Shown one piece after another: positions 30,060 to 38,378 of a stretch of 64,000 bases of DNA. The position numbers and the translations under genes were made by a program. The stretch's first letter is position 1, and every line of letters starts with the position of its first letter. The notes below the pieces were generated by a model. The model was given only the letters and a program-made list of their open reading frames with translations. It ran no database searches and had not been told where the DNA came from. The stretch comes from a virus, in IMG/VR virus record IMGVR_UViG_3300050821_013777, positions 57,544-121,543 of that record; one strand, 5' to 3'.

Positions 30060-30256
30060 CGCGAGCACTTCGGTGAGAAGATCCAGATCGCGAGCCCCGT
30101 GGCAAGGAACGCACCGAAGAATGTGATCCCGCGGTTGCGCTCGATCAAGCACTCCTGGCGCTTCGCCATGCAGATGAGGTGCGTGAGCGCCACATCGTGC
30201 GGAACCGTCGGAGCAAGCTGCGTCGTGGTGTCGAGAGGAGCGGCGCCGAACGTCAT
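30056..30256 (-). CDS. small protein with C-terminal TM
   Basis: MTFGAAPL...GITFFGAFLATGLAIWIF. Confidence 0.5.
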   Translation of the reverse strand: MTFGAAPLDTTTQLAPTVPHDVALTHLICMAKRQECLIERNRGITFFGAFLATGLAIWIFSPKCSR

Positions 30257-30294
30257 GCAGATGAGCGTACCGCCACGGGGGCGTAACGGTCAAA

Positions 30295-30471
30295 TCAGCG
30301 TCGGCGGCGACGGGGGCGGGCGCGGCCGAAGTTCGAGCAGCCTTCCTGAATGAGCACGCGCTCGGCGCCCTTTCGAGTGAACACGTGGATCCGCGTCGTC
30401 ACGCGAGGACGACCTTGATGGATCACGACGGCGTCGTATCCAACGCGGCGCTTGTCGATGCGGCAGATCAT
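30295..30471 (-). CDS. 58-aa basic array protein (absent from ORF track)
   Basis: MICRIDKRRVGYDAVVIHQGRPRVTTRIHVFTRKGAERVLIQEGCSNFGRARPRRRRR; AGGAGG RBS. Confidence 0.6.
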   Translation of the reverse strand: MICRIDKRRVGYDAVVIHQGRPRVTTRIHVFTRKGAERVLIQEGCSNFGRARPRRRRR

Positions 30472-30481
30472 GGTTCGCCTC

Positions 30482-30772
30482 CTACCCGTTCACGTCCGGC
30501 AGCACCATCGCACCGCCGGCAGCGAGCTTCACCAGCCGAGTCACGACTGGGAGCTTGCGCGCGATGTCGTGCGCGGTGAGTTTGCCGGTGCGCAGATCTG
30601 GCGGTGCGTCGTCCCAGCCATTGAACACGCCGTTCACAGCGTCGACGGTCGGCTGGTCGAGCACGCCGGTGGGGTGGACCGGCAATCCCATCTTTGCGAG
30701 CGTGAGCTGAATGGTCCTGATCGGACTGCCACTCGCGGCGCCGAGGCTGCCCTGCAGCACGCCGAAGATCAT
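30482..30772 (-). CDS. peptidoglycan-binding-like domain protein (paralog of 22242..22802)
   Basis: IQLTLAKMG...PTGVLDQPTVDAVNGVF. Confidence 0.55.
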   Translation of the reverse strand: MIFGVLQGSLGAASGSPIRTIQLTLAKMGLPVHPTGVLDQPTVDAVNGVFNGWDDAPPDLRTGKLTAHDIARKLPVVTRLVKLAAGGAMVLPDVNG

Positions 30773-31035
30773 CGTCGCCCGATGACGCGCGCGCATCGCG
30801 CGAGGTCTTTGGCCGTCTCGACCATCCCACTCGCACGGAGGTCAGGGACGAGCGTGGTCTTCAGCCAGTTCGCATACCGAGCGCTCTTCTGCCCTGTACG
30901 CATCATCCGGCCGCAGTCGGCGACGTCCTTCGCTGTGTAGGTGTGCCCGCTGGCACGAAGATCTGGTGCGAGCGTCTCGATCATGAAGGTGGCGTGAGCT
31001 GCTGTACTGCCACCTCTGCCGCGTCTCGCCTTCAT
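30769..31035 (-). CDS. small protein with internal duplication, ends VIGRR
   Basis: TLAPDLRASG..TAKDVADC / TLVPDLRASG..TAKDLARC. Confidence 0.62.
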   Translation of the reverse strand: MKARRGRGGSTAAHATFMIETLAPDLRASGHTYTAKDVADCGRMMRTGQKSARYANWLKTTLVPDLRASGMVETAKDLARCARVIGRR

Positions 31036-31502
31036 TTCGACGACTCCCCGCCTCCGCGACTCATCAGCCAGATCCCCGCAGCGACCATGCCCACCGAGAT
31101 CAGCGTACCGACGACGTAGACCATCACGCTTGGCTTGTGCCCCTCGGGCAGCATTGACGGCCCAGCACCAGCGAACTGCGTCCCGTAGGAGTAGTTCTGC
31201 GGCACCATCGCCGACGGGCGCTCGACGTTCTGCGCTGCACCGGCGCCGCACGGGAGCATCGTCAGCTCGTGGGTGTGGCCGTCGGTCGGATCGGACTCGA
31301 CCTTGAACGAGCGGATGTGGTGCCAGTGGCCCGAATCGAGATCGGTGTTCCCGTTCCCGAGCTTGTCGATCCACGCACCATGATGGTGCGCCGAATAGAT
31401 GCGCCCCGCATCGTCCGTCGTCAGCTGACACGGATGCTGGGGCGGCATCGTCTTCGCGTACTTGACGGAATCCGGATCCGGATACCGTCGGCCGTGCTCC
31501 AT
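31032..31502 (-). CDS. His-motif protein with C-terminal TM
   Basis: GHWHHI...DGHTHEL; TM VMVYVVGTLISVGMVAAGIWLM. Confidence 0.6.
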   Translation of the reverse strand: MEHGRRYPDPDSVKYAKTMPPQHPCQLTTDDAGRIYSAHHHGAWIDKLGNGNTDLDSGHWHHIRSFKVESDPTDGHTHELTMLPCGAGAAQNVERPSAMVPQNYSYGTQFAGAGPSMLPEGHKPSVMVYVVGTLISVGMVAAGIWLMSRGGGESSK

Positions 31503-31505
31503 GAT

Positions 31506-32576
31506 CTACCAGCGCCCGAAGGCGGGAGCGGCCGGAGGCGGCGGAACATAGGCCGGCTGCCACCAGTGATGGCGACGATGCTCAAATCCCGGCTGCGTGC
31601 CGTACACCGGCGGACGGAACCCCGGATTGAAGCCCGGTCGAACACCACCGCGGTTGCCCCAGCGGTTGCCCCAGCCAGGGAAGCCGAGACCGGCCATTGC
31701 CGCCGCGTGATGGTGGTGATGGTGGTGGTGGCCGAGACCGGCCATTGCCTGCTGCTCTTCTGCCGCGATGGCCGCCGCGTGATGGTGGTGATGATGATGG
31801 CCGTGGTGCCCGAAGCCGCCCATCCCGCTGCCCGAGCCATACTCGACGCCGGAGTTCGGATCGGGAGTGTTCACGTTGCCCTGTGCGTCTTCGTACTTGG
31901 TAACACGGCCATTGCAGACCGTGACCTTGATGCCGTCCGCGCGCGGCGGATAGGTCTCGCAGCCGCCCGAAGCCGCGCGCGTATCGATCTCGGAGACCGT
32001 CTCCGGATTGATCAGACGCGAGAGCCAGTGTCGACGCTTGTGCGGACGGCCGAAGCCATGCGTCGCGGCCGGCATCGGTGCAGGCATCGGTGCGGGCGGC
32101 GGCATGTCAGGTGGCAGCGGTGCCGTCTGGAACGGCATCGAGCGATGGATGCGTGCTCCCGCATTGTGCACACCTGCGCGGATGTTCGACCCGCTCGGGC
32201 TCACGCCGGGAATCCATCCCGAGCGCATCACCATGTACGGATCGACATGGAAGTGCGCTTTCGTGCCTCCCGTCGAGCCGAATCCGGCGCCGCCGAAGCT
32301 GCCGTGCATGGCGGCGCTGGTCGGCGCGGACGAGGGAACCTGCGTCGCGGCGGCCGGTGCACCGTTCGGCGCTGGCGGCGCGGGCGGCGGCACCGGCGGA
32401 AGCATCTGCGGGCCCATCCCCGGCACGAGCGGCGGCCGGTACATCGGGTACGCTCGCATCCGGTTCGTCACCTCGGAGAAGGGCCAGATGTTTCCGCTGT
32501 AGAATGCCGTGTGCGGCAGCTTGGCGTGGGGCATTCCAGGCGCTTCGAAGGGGGTGCGCGTTTGTCCAAGAATCAT
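31506..32576 (-). CDS. low-complexity Pro/Gly/poly-His protein
   Basis: GAGG RBS before MILGQ; two His tracts and repeated MAGLG/GFG motifs. Confidence 0.65.
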   Translation of the reverse strand: MILGQTRTPFEAPGMPHAKLPHTAFYSGNIWPFSEVTNRMRAYPMYRPPLVPGMGPQMLPPVPPPAPPAPNGAPAAATQVPSSAPTSAAMHGSFGGAGFGSTGGTKAHFHVDPYMVMRSGWIPGVSPSGSNIRAGVHNAGARIHRSMPFQTAPLPPDMPPPAPMPAPMPAATHGFGRPHKRRHWLSRLINPETVSEIDTRAASGGCETYPPRADGIKVTVCNGRVTKYEDAQGNVNTPDPNSGVEYGSGSGMGGFGHHGHHHHHHHAAAIAAEEQQAMAGLGHHHHHHHHAAAMAGLGFPGWGNRWGNRGGVRPGFNPGFRPPVYGTQPGFEHRRHHWWQPAYVPPPPAAPAFGRW

Positions 32577-32626
32577 GCTCGATTCACCTCGTTGGAAAAG
32601 AGCATACGGCCGAGGCGCAGCCGACG

Positions 32627-32848
32627 TCAAATCGGCTTCGGGGTCGCCTGCGCAGGCACACGCTGATGCGGCAGGCACATCTTCTTCTCACCGCCGCACT
32701 TCGAGCAGACGCGACGCCCACAGGTCTTTCCTGCAAGACGGCCGCGCAGCTCGAACGTGCACGTAGATGATGCGAGGTTGGAGCAGCTCCCAGTTTCACA
32801 CTGGGGCTTGTCGCGCCCGAGATCGCAGACGAAGATCGAGATGCTCAT
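32627..32848 (-). CDS. small Cys-rich zinc-binding protein
   Basis: Multiple Cys ending CLPH. Confidence 0.55.
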   Translation of the reverse strand: MSISIFVCDLGRDKPQCETGSCSNLASSTCTFELRGRLAGKTCGRRVCSKCGGEKKMCLPHQRVPAQATPKPI

Positions 32849-33072
32849 CGAGCCGGCTTCAGCAGATCAGCGATGGCGTTCTTGACGCTGCTGATCTTCT
32901 GCTGCACGCCGAACGCCGCACGCATTCCTTGCAGCTGTGCGAACTTGTAGGCCCACTGGATCAGGCATGGCGCGGAGCAGAGATCGACACGGAGCATCTC
33001 TTCGCCCTTGCTGCCGTAGTGGATGACGGTAAAGCCACCCTGCCGAGCGTTGTTGCAGTTGCTGCAGACCAT
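32845..33072 (-). CDS. small zinc-binding protein
   Basis: CSNC...LCSAPC. Confidence 0.55.
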   Translation of the reverse strand: MVCSNCNNARQGGFTVIHYGSKGEEMLRVDLCSAPCLIQWAYKFAQLQGMRAAFGVQQKISSVKNAIADLLKPAR

Positions 33073-33077
33073 CGTCT

Positions 33078-33821
33078 TTACTCCAGGTGACGAAGATACC
33101 GCTCGTGCTCAGGCGCCTGCAACAGCAGATGCAAGGCGAGCATTTCCTCCGCGGCCGGTACGCTGTAGTCGTGCACGCAATAAGGCTGCTTCTCGTCGAT
33201 GTCGTAGAGCTGCCGGCGCGTCTGTGCAAGCTGATCGCGTGCGTGCCTCGACGTCACGATGTACCGGTGCCCAGTACCCGCCCCTTCAGTCACGAAGGCG
33301 TTGCGCTTGCGGAAGTCGTTGCGCTGCTCGTCGTTCAAGAACGCGAACAGCACGTCCCTCGCGCGCAGCTCCGCCTTCATGAGATCCGGCTCTGGGCAGC
33401 CAAGCGTCGGCTTCGCAACAGTCGCGCCCTTGGCAGGAACTTTCGGTAGCGGAGCGGAGTCCTCCAGATCCCTGTTGGACACAGCCTCCAGCGCGCCGTG
33501 CCGAATCTCTTCGATCTTGCCGTCGCTGAACTGCACGAAGTCGACGGTCTGTCGCCCCGGCTTCAGTGCCTTTACGATGAACTTCTGGACCTTCGGCAGC
33601 TCAGTCGACAGGGCGAGGAACCCCTTCGTCAGGTCGTGCTCTGTGTCCTTCGCCCAGCCCTTCGTCACCGCGTGCGCGAAGAGGCTCTGCAGAACGCGAC
33701 GCTCTGTCGGCGTCACGTTCTCCCACGAAAGGGTCGTCCCCACTCCCGAGCGTTCCAGTCTCAGATCCCCGTAGAAGCTGGGGATGTACCACAGTGTCGG
33801 CGTCGGTCTTGGCGTGTCCAT
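33078..33821 (-). CDS. hypothetical protein
   Basis: AGGAG RBS before MDTPRP. Confidence 0.65.
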   Translation of the reverse strand: MDTPRPTPTLWYIPSFYGDLRLERSGVGTTLSWENVTPTERRVLQSLFAHAVTKGWAKDTEHDLTKGFLALSTELPKVQKFIVKALKPGRQTVDFVQFSDGKIEEIRHGALEAVSNRDLEDSAPLPKVPAKGATVAKPTLGCPEPDLMKAELRARDVLFAFLNDEQRNDFRKRNAFVTEGAGTGHRYIVTSRHARDQLAQTRRQLYDIDEKQPYCVHDYSVPAAEEMLALHLLLQAPEHERYLRHLE

Positions 33822-34248
33822 TCGCGATCTCCTTGCGCAGCGTTTTGATTCGGGTGTCGATGTCATCTGTCGTCTCGCCGTCGAGTTTCAGCTCTCGGCG
33901 CACAGAGATCAGCTCACTCAGCTCGGCGGCTGGTGAGACGTCCCTGCGCTTGGTGGCCATCTCCTTGAGTGAGTCGATGAGCGTCCGGTACATCTCAGCC
34001 TGATCGCCGAAGCCGCGTCCGACCACCTGTCCGATGCCGCCATTCAGGACGATCCCGCCGTCGGAGTCGGTCAGCGCGTCGTAGTCGCTGAGTCGATTCG
34101 CACTGAACAGCTGGAAGTCCGTCGCCTGTCGCGCGATCGACTGGATTGCGCTGAAGCGTCCGCGCTCCTGCGACTCCGCAGCGCCCTTGATGAGCGCCGC
34201 GAAGTCGCTGAGGATGCGCGCGACGATGGTCTCGTCGAGCTTCATCAC
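33601..34248 (-). CDS. hypothetical helical protein
   Basis: Coupled to the upstream ORF; long 3' overlap with the next gene. Confidence 0.55.
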   Translation of the reverse strand: MMKLDETIVARILSDFAALIKGAAESQERGRFSAIQSIARQATDFQLFSANRLSDYDALTDSDGGIVLNGGIGQVVGRGFGDQAEMYRTLIDSLKEMATKRRDVSPAAELSELISVRRELKLDGETTDDIDTRIKTLRKEIANGHAKTDADTVVHPQLLRGSETGTLGSGDDPFVGERDADRASRSAEPLRARGDEGLGEGHRARPDEGVPRPVD

Positions 34249-34412
34249 CTACTGACTCTGGCAGCCACGTGCGGCCAGACCTCGAAGCAGAGGGCCAGCA
34301 GCGCACACGCGAACGTGAGTCGGCCGATCTCGGACGCCTTCGGATTCGCCGCGAAGGCGTAGAGCAGAAGGCCGAGAACCGCGAGAACGAACAGGGACAG
34401 TGTGATGGTCAT
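34245..34412 (-). CDS. 55-aa two-TM membrane protein (absent from ORF track)
   Basis: MTITLSLFVLAVLGLLLYAFAANPKASEIGRLTFACALLALCFEVW...; AGGAG RBS. Confidence 0.5.
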   Translation of the reverse strand: MTITLSLFVLAVLGLLLYAFAANPKASEIGRLTFACALLALCFEVWPHVAARVSR

Positions 34413-34446
34413 GTGGTGACTCCTTTGGCGCTGATGTAAGGCCGAA

Positions 34447-36381
34447 TCAGACCTTCCGCCAGTCCGTGGCCACTGCGTGAGTGCCCCCCGGCAGCTCGTA
34501 GAGCTTGTAGTCGGCGAAGAGCGTGGGCTCGATGCGCTGCATCGCCAGGAAGATCCGTGTCGTCACCTCGCGAATCGGCACATCAGCGGCGCCGGCAGCG
34601 CGCATCTCACACACGTGCCGGAGCGCCCGAATGTTGCCCGAGAAGACGATGGGCGCCTCGGTCTCGTTGGGCAAGCAGCTCCGTGCCGCCTGGTTGACCT
34701 TCTTGCGCAGCTCCGTCTTCTTCTCGCCCGATAGCATCGGATCGAGGCCCTTCATCTGCTTCGCCGTGAGGATGCGCGCGATGTTGTTGTACTCGTCAGT
34801 CACGGCGTCGATGCGACGCAGGAACATTTGATGTAGCTCCTCGTCGTCCTGGTACTCAGGGCGCTCGACGAAACGAAGCACGTGTCCGTCGACATAGCGC
34901 TGCGACACCTGGGAGAAGGCGACGCCCGTCCGGTGGCGCACCAGCTCGTGCGTGAAGTCGCGCCCCGCCCCGTAGAGGAGCAGCGTGTACTGTGCGTGCT
35001 CCAGAACGGAGTTTCCGCTCCATACCGGAATCCCGTTCCGCCGCACGTATAGCGTGTTGTTCGGGACCTCTGCGCAGAACACATCACCCTCCCACTCATC
35101 GATCCAAGTGGAGCGTCCCACACTCCCACTCCACTTGTTGACTTCCGGCTTCAGCTCTCGCCGAATGACAGACAGCCTCGTGAGAGGTTTGTCCCCGTAC
35201 GAAGTCGGACGCTCATCGGGTCCGTATGTGTAGCAAACATTCGCTGCCAGCCCGATATGCAAGCACAACTGCTGAAACTGTCCGACGAGCGTCGGGCTTG
35301 TCGTGTCGAACGTGTCGCCCGTCGATCCCGCGTGTCCATCGGCCTGCATCAAGCCACCGAACAACGCGTGCAGTCCTCGTGCCGACCAGCGTGTAAGGAC
35401 TCCCGGAGGAATCTGACGCTCGCCGTTTCGCGCGTAGGTCGCAGCGAACATGTCTTGTAGCCGCGCCGGAAAGCTCACGCTGTACCGATCGTTGTCTGCA
35501 TCGACGTCCAACGTGAATGTCGAATCGCCCGCACTCAAGCGAATGATGCGATCATGCAGCCACGCGATCTTCCTTTCGCGACGGAGATGGAAACGCACGC
35601 GGTTACCTCCCTCGTACGATCCGTCGCCGATCGCGAAACCGAGCAACGCTGCGACGTCATCATTCTCGTCGTGTTGAACCGGCTGAGTCCACAAACCGGA
35701 CTTCGTATACGCGTGTGATCGAGCGCCGATTGTCTCAGCCGGAATCAGCTCAAACGCAGACTTAGTCCGGCCTTCGCGCGTGGTCGTAAGGCACGCCAGC
35801 ATCTTGTGATCGGGCGTCACGAGAAGATCGACACCCCGAGCGTCCACACGGTACATGCGCCCCTTGTGATGATACGAGACGAGCCGTTCGGGACGGTGGT
35901 ACTCGATCACACCATCCGCTCTGCGCGTCGCCAGCAGATCAGTGTCGATGACACTCGGCCACGCCTTCCAGCCCGCAGCTGTCAAAACGTCCGTATCGTC
36001 GTCATAGCAGCCGTGACCAGACGACAGGATGTTGTTGATGTACTTTTGAGCCTCGTTGTTCTTCGTGCGGTTGGGCCCGAAGCTCATGTAGCAGAGCTGT
36101 CCAGCAGCCTTGATCAGATCGGCGCCAGCCTCGTTGCCTGTTCCGACGTCCTCGTCATCGATGTAGCTGTCGAACTGCAGCTCCGCCGGAAACCCGTCGA
36201 GGAATCCGTGGAGCTGGTTGACATCGAACCGCGTGCGGGCCAGCAGCACGACGCCCGGCTGAACGAGATACGCCACCTGGTTCGCGGTGAACTGCGGCGT
36301 CGAATCGAAGCCGGGATAGTCCGCCTCGTAGCCGCCAAGCCGCGCGAACACCTCTTTCGGATCAACTTGCTTCAGGTCCAT
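34447..36381 (-). CDS. thyX: FAD-dependent thymidylate synthase ThyX, intein-containing
   Basis: AGQLCYMS, GHG|SVLEHA, THELVRHRTGVAFSQVSQRYV, AARSCLPN, NIRALRH...R. Confidence 0.92.
   Translation of the reverse strand: MDLKQVDPKEVFARLGGYEADYPGFDSTPQFTANQVAYLVQPGVVLLARTRFDVNQLHGFLDGFPAELQFDSYIDDEDVGTGNEAGADLIKAAGQLCYMSFGPNRTKNNEAQKYINNILSSGHGCYDDDTDVLTAAGWKAWPSVIDTDLLATRRADGVIEYHRPERLVSYHHKGRMYRVDARGVDLLVTPDHKMLACLTTTREGRTKSAFELIPAETIGARSHAYTKSGLWTQPVQHDENDDVAALLGFAIGDGSYEGGNRVRFHLRRERKIAWLHDRIIRLSAGDSTFTLDVDADNDRYSVSFPARLQDMFAATYARNGERQIPPGVLTRWSARGLHALFGGLMQADGHAGSTGDTFDTTSPTLVGQFQQLCLHIGLAANVCYTYGPDERPTSYGDKPLTRLSVIRRELKPEVNKWSGSVGRSTWIDEWEGDVFCAEVPNNTLYVRRNGIPVWSGNSVLEHAQYTLLLYGAGRDFTHELVRHRTGVAFSQVSQRYVDGHVLRFVERPEYQDDEELHQMFLRRIDAVTDEYNNIARILTAKQMKGLDPMLSGEKKTELRKKVNQAARSCLPNETEAPIVFSGNIRALRHVCEMRAAGAADVPIREVTTRIFLAMQRIEPTLFADYKLYELPGGTHAVATDWRKV
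35011..36009 (-). mobile_element. intein (333 aa) with LAGLIDADG homing endonuclease
   Basis: Starts CYDDDTDVLT, block B VTPDHK, LLGFAIGDG and LFGGLMQADG, ends WSGN before the extein Ser. Confidence 0.9.
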
Positions 36382-36552
36382 GTTCTGTCTCCTTGTCTGT
36401 CAGTTCGATTTCTGCCCACCCGTACACCCGCTCGTCTTGTCGACTCGGTTAGTTCCCGAGATGCACCCGCACTGCAAGCACACGTCCGTGCCGCGCAGCT
36501 GCCTCGTGTGATTCTGTCGGCGGCGGCACCGTGCAGTTGACGAAGTAGCGGG

Positions 36553-36903
36553 TCACGACGCTGCGAGCCACGCCTTCAGTTCGTCGATGCGCTCGAAGAC
36601 TGGCATCCCGATGCGCTTCGCTTCCTTCAGCTCCCCCTCCGTCCCCTCCGAGCCCTCCCAGCCCGACACGAGGATGACGGCATCGCAGCGGCGCATCTGC
36701 TCCAGCGTGATCGCGTACCACGCCTCGTGGCTTAGCGTTCCAATGAACCAGGCGCCTGTGTTCGTGTGCGGGATGAGTGGCGCAGCACCGAGCTTGGCGA
36801 CCTCAAGGCCGACTGCTGCTGCACGATCGATGTTGAGGCGGATCTTGTAGTGATCGTCGGCCATCAGCGCTCCGGCGACATAAATCATCCGATCTACATT
36901 CAC
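36553..36903 (-). CDS. DUF4406/DUF1937-like (nucleoside deoxyribosyltransferase-fold) protein
   Basis: IYVAGAL, PH, CDAVILVSGWEGSEGTEGE..EA...GMPV. Confidence 0.78.
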   Translation of the reverse strand: MNVDRMIYVAGALMADDHYKIRLNIDRAAAVGLEVAKLGAAPLIPHTNTGAWFIGTLSHEAWYAITLEQMRRCDAVILVSGWEGSEGTEGELKEAKRIGMPVFERIDELKAWLAAS

Positions 36904-37562
36904 GCTTCCACCCCGAGCGCAACCAGCACGTGCTTCCAGATCCGCTCCGTCACCTCCTCGACCGTCCCGACGCCGTCGACGGTGACCCACTCCTCCGGGT
37001 CATCTTCGGCGCCGGCCTCCCACAGCGTCTTGTAGTTCTGTCGAATGACCTTCTGCTTCTCGCGATCCTTCTCGTAGCGGTCGCGCATGGTGGGACGCCG
37101 ACGAAGCGCTTCGTCCTCGGGCACGTCGATGAACACGTGCAGGCTCGGGTGCGGCAGCACCTCTTGCACACGCTGGAGCCAGTGCGCGTCGACTCCGTCA
37201 GCCTCGCCGAAGCAGATCGCGCTCGGGGTCCACCGATCGCAGATGACGACGCGCCCGGCGTAGATGTGCGCCTCGATGTCGAGCGCGGCGTCCATCTTGT
37301 CGGCGAGCATCAGGCACTGGAAGGCGAGGGGGTCTTCGGGGGCAGGTGCTTGCCGTGGTACGAGATGACCATCCATGTTCTCGAACACAGTCAGCATCAG
37401 CTCACTGTGCAGATGCCGCCTGATCGCATTGCCCACCGTCGTCTCGTAGCGGGGGAACGACAGCACCACCGCGTTGCGGCCGATCGAGTCGAACTTCTCG
37501 ACTAGGCGCTTCGCCTGCGAGTTCTTCCCTGCTGCATCAAGTCCTTCGAGGCACATCAGCAT
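36900..37562 (-). CDS. tmk: thymidylate kinase
   Basis: EGLDAAGKNSQ, SFPRY, ICDRWTPS, DRYE. Confidence 0.9.
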   Translation of the reverse strand: MLMCLEGLDAAGKNSQAKRLVEKFDSIGRNAVVLSFPRYETTVGNAIRRHLHSELMLTVFENMDGHLVPRQAPAPEDPLAFQCLMLADKMDAALDIEAHIYAGRVVICDRWTPSAICFGEADGVDAHWLQRVQEVLPHPSLHVFIDVPEDEALRRRPTMRDRYEKDREKQKVIRQNYKTLWEAGAEDDPEEWVTVDGVGTVEEVTERIWKHVLVALGVEA

Positions 37563-37577
37563 TTTCTGCTTCCTTTT

Positions 37578-38378
37578 TTAGCGGGACAGTTTTCGTGTGT
37601 AACGCGCGGCCAGAACGTGAACGTCGATCTGCGTGCAGCCCACAGCGTCCTGTGCCTCGATGTACCCCTCCACGTCAGTGCCTTTCAGGTCAAGGACCCC
37701 TGTGCCTGACGAGTTCTTGGCGCTGAACAAGAACTCCGGCTCCAGCGGCCCCTCGATGATCATCTGCGCGACGCAGTAGCGGCACGCCCAGTTGGTCTTC
37801 TTGTGCTCGGGGCACTCCCAGTCCTGAAGCACGTGCGCGGGGATCGGCGTCACCTCGCCGCGACGCGCCTGCGCGATCCCCTCCCGCACAGCCTCGGGCA
37901 GCACACGGTCTTGCTCTGCCTCGAACCCCTCAGGCATTTCGCGTCCCGACAGGATATCCGTCGTCGACATGATCCTGTCGTCCAGCGTCTTGCCCCGCTT
38001 GCGGCGGGCAGCCTCGATCAGCTCGATGCGACCGCGCTCCTCTTTGGTCAGCTCGCGTGACACAGCTTCAACGTACTCTTTGTGTCGCTGCTCCTGCTCC
38101 ACCTGCAGGCCGCCAATCGTGTTGTGCGCGAGGCAGAACCGATCGATGCCCACGAAGCACGGCAGGCCTACGCCGCCGCCCGCGAGACTCAGCCGGAGCG
38201 CGGTGATCTGCTCGATGCTGAGGCCCTGCGCCTTTGCACCGGTGCAGCCGAGCAGCTCGATGTCGTGCGCGATCTTGACACCGAGAGTACGGAGCAGCTC
38301 CCGGACAGGCTCACCTCCCTCGAACGGCATGTCTTCGATGGGGCGCTCCCCGAGCAAAGCGGTGGTCTGATCGTCCAT
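37578..38378 (-). CDS. hypothetical protein
   Basis: 266-aa coupled ORF with CPEH..CRYC. Confidence 0.6.
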   Translation of the reverse strand: MDDQTTALLGERPIEDMPFEGGEPVRELLRTLGVKIAHDIELLGCTGAKAQGLSIEQITALRLSLAGGGVGLPCFVGIDRFCLAHNTIGGLQVEQEQRHKEYVEAVSRELTKEERGRIELIEAARRKRGKTLDDRIMSTTDILSGREMPEGFEAEQDRVLPEAVREGIAQARRGEVTPIPAHVLQDWECPEHKKTNWACRYCVAQMIIEGPLEPEFLFSAKNSSGTGVLDLKGTDVEGYIEAQDAVGCTQIDVHVLAARYTRKLSR

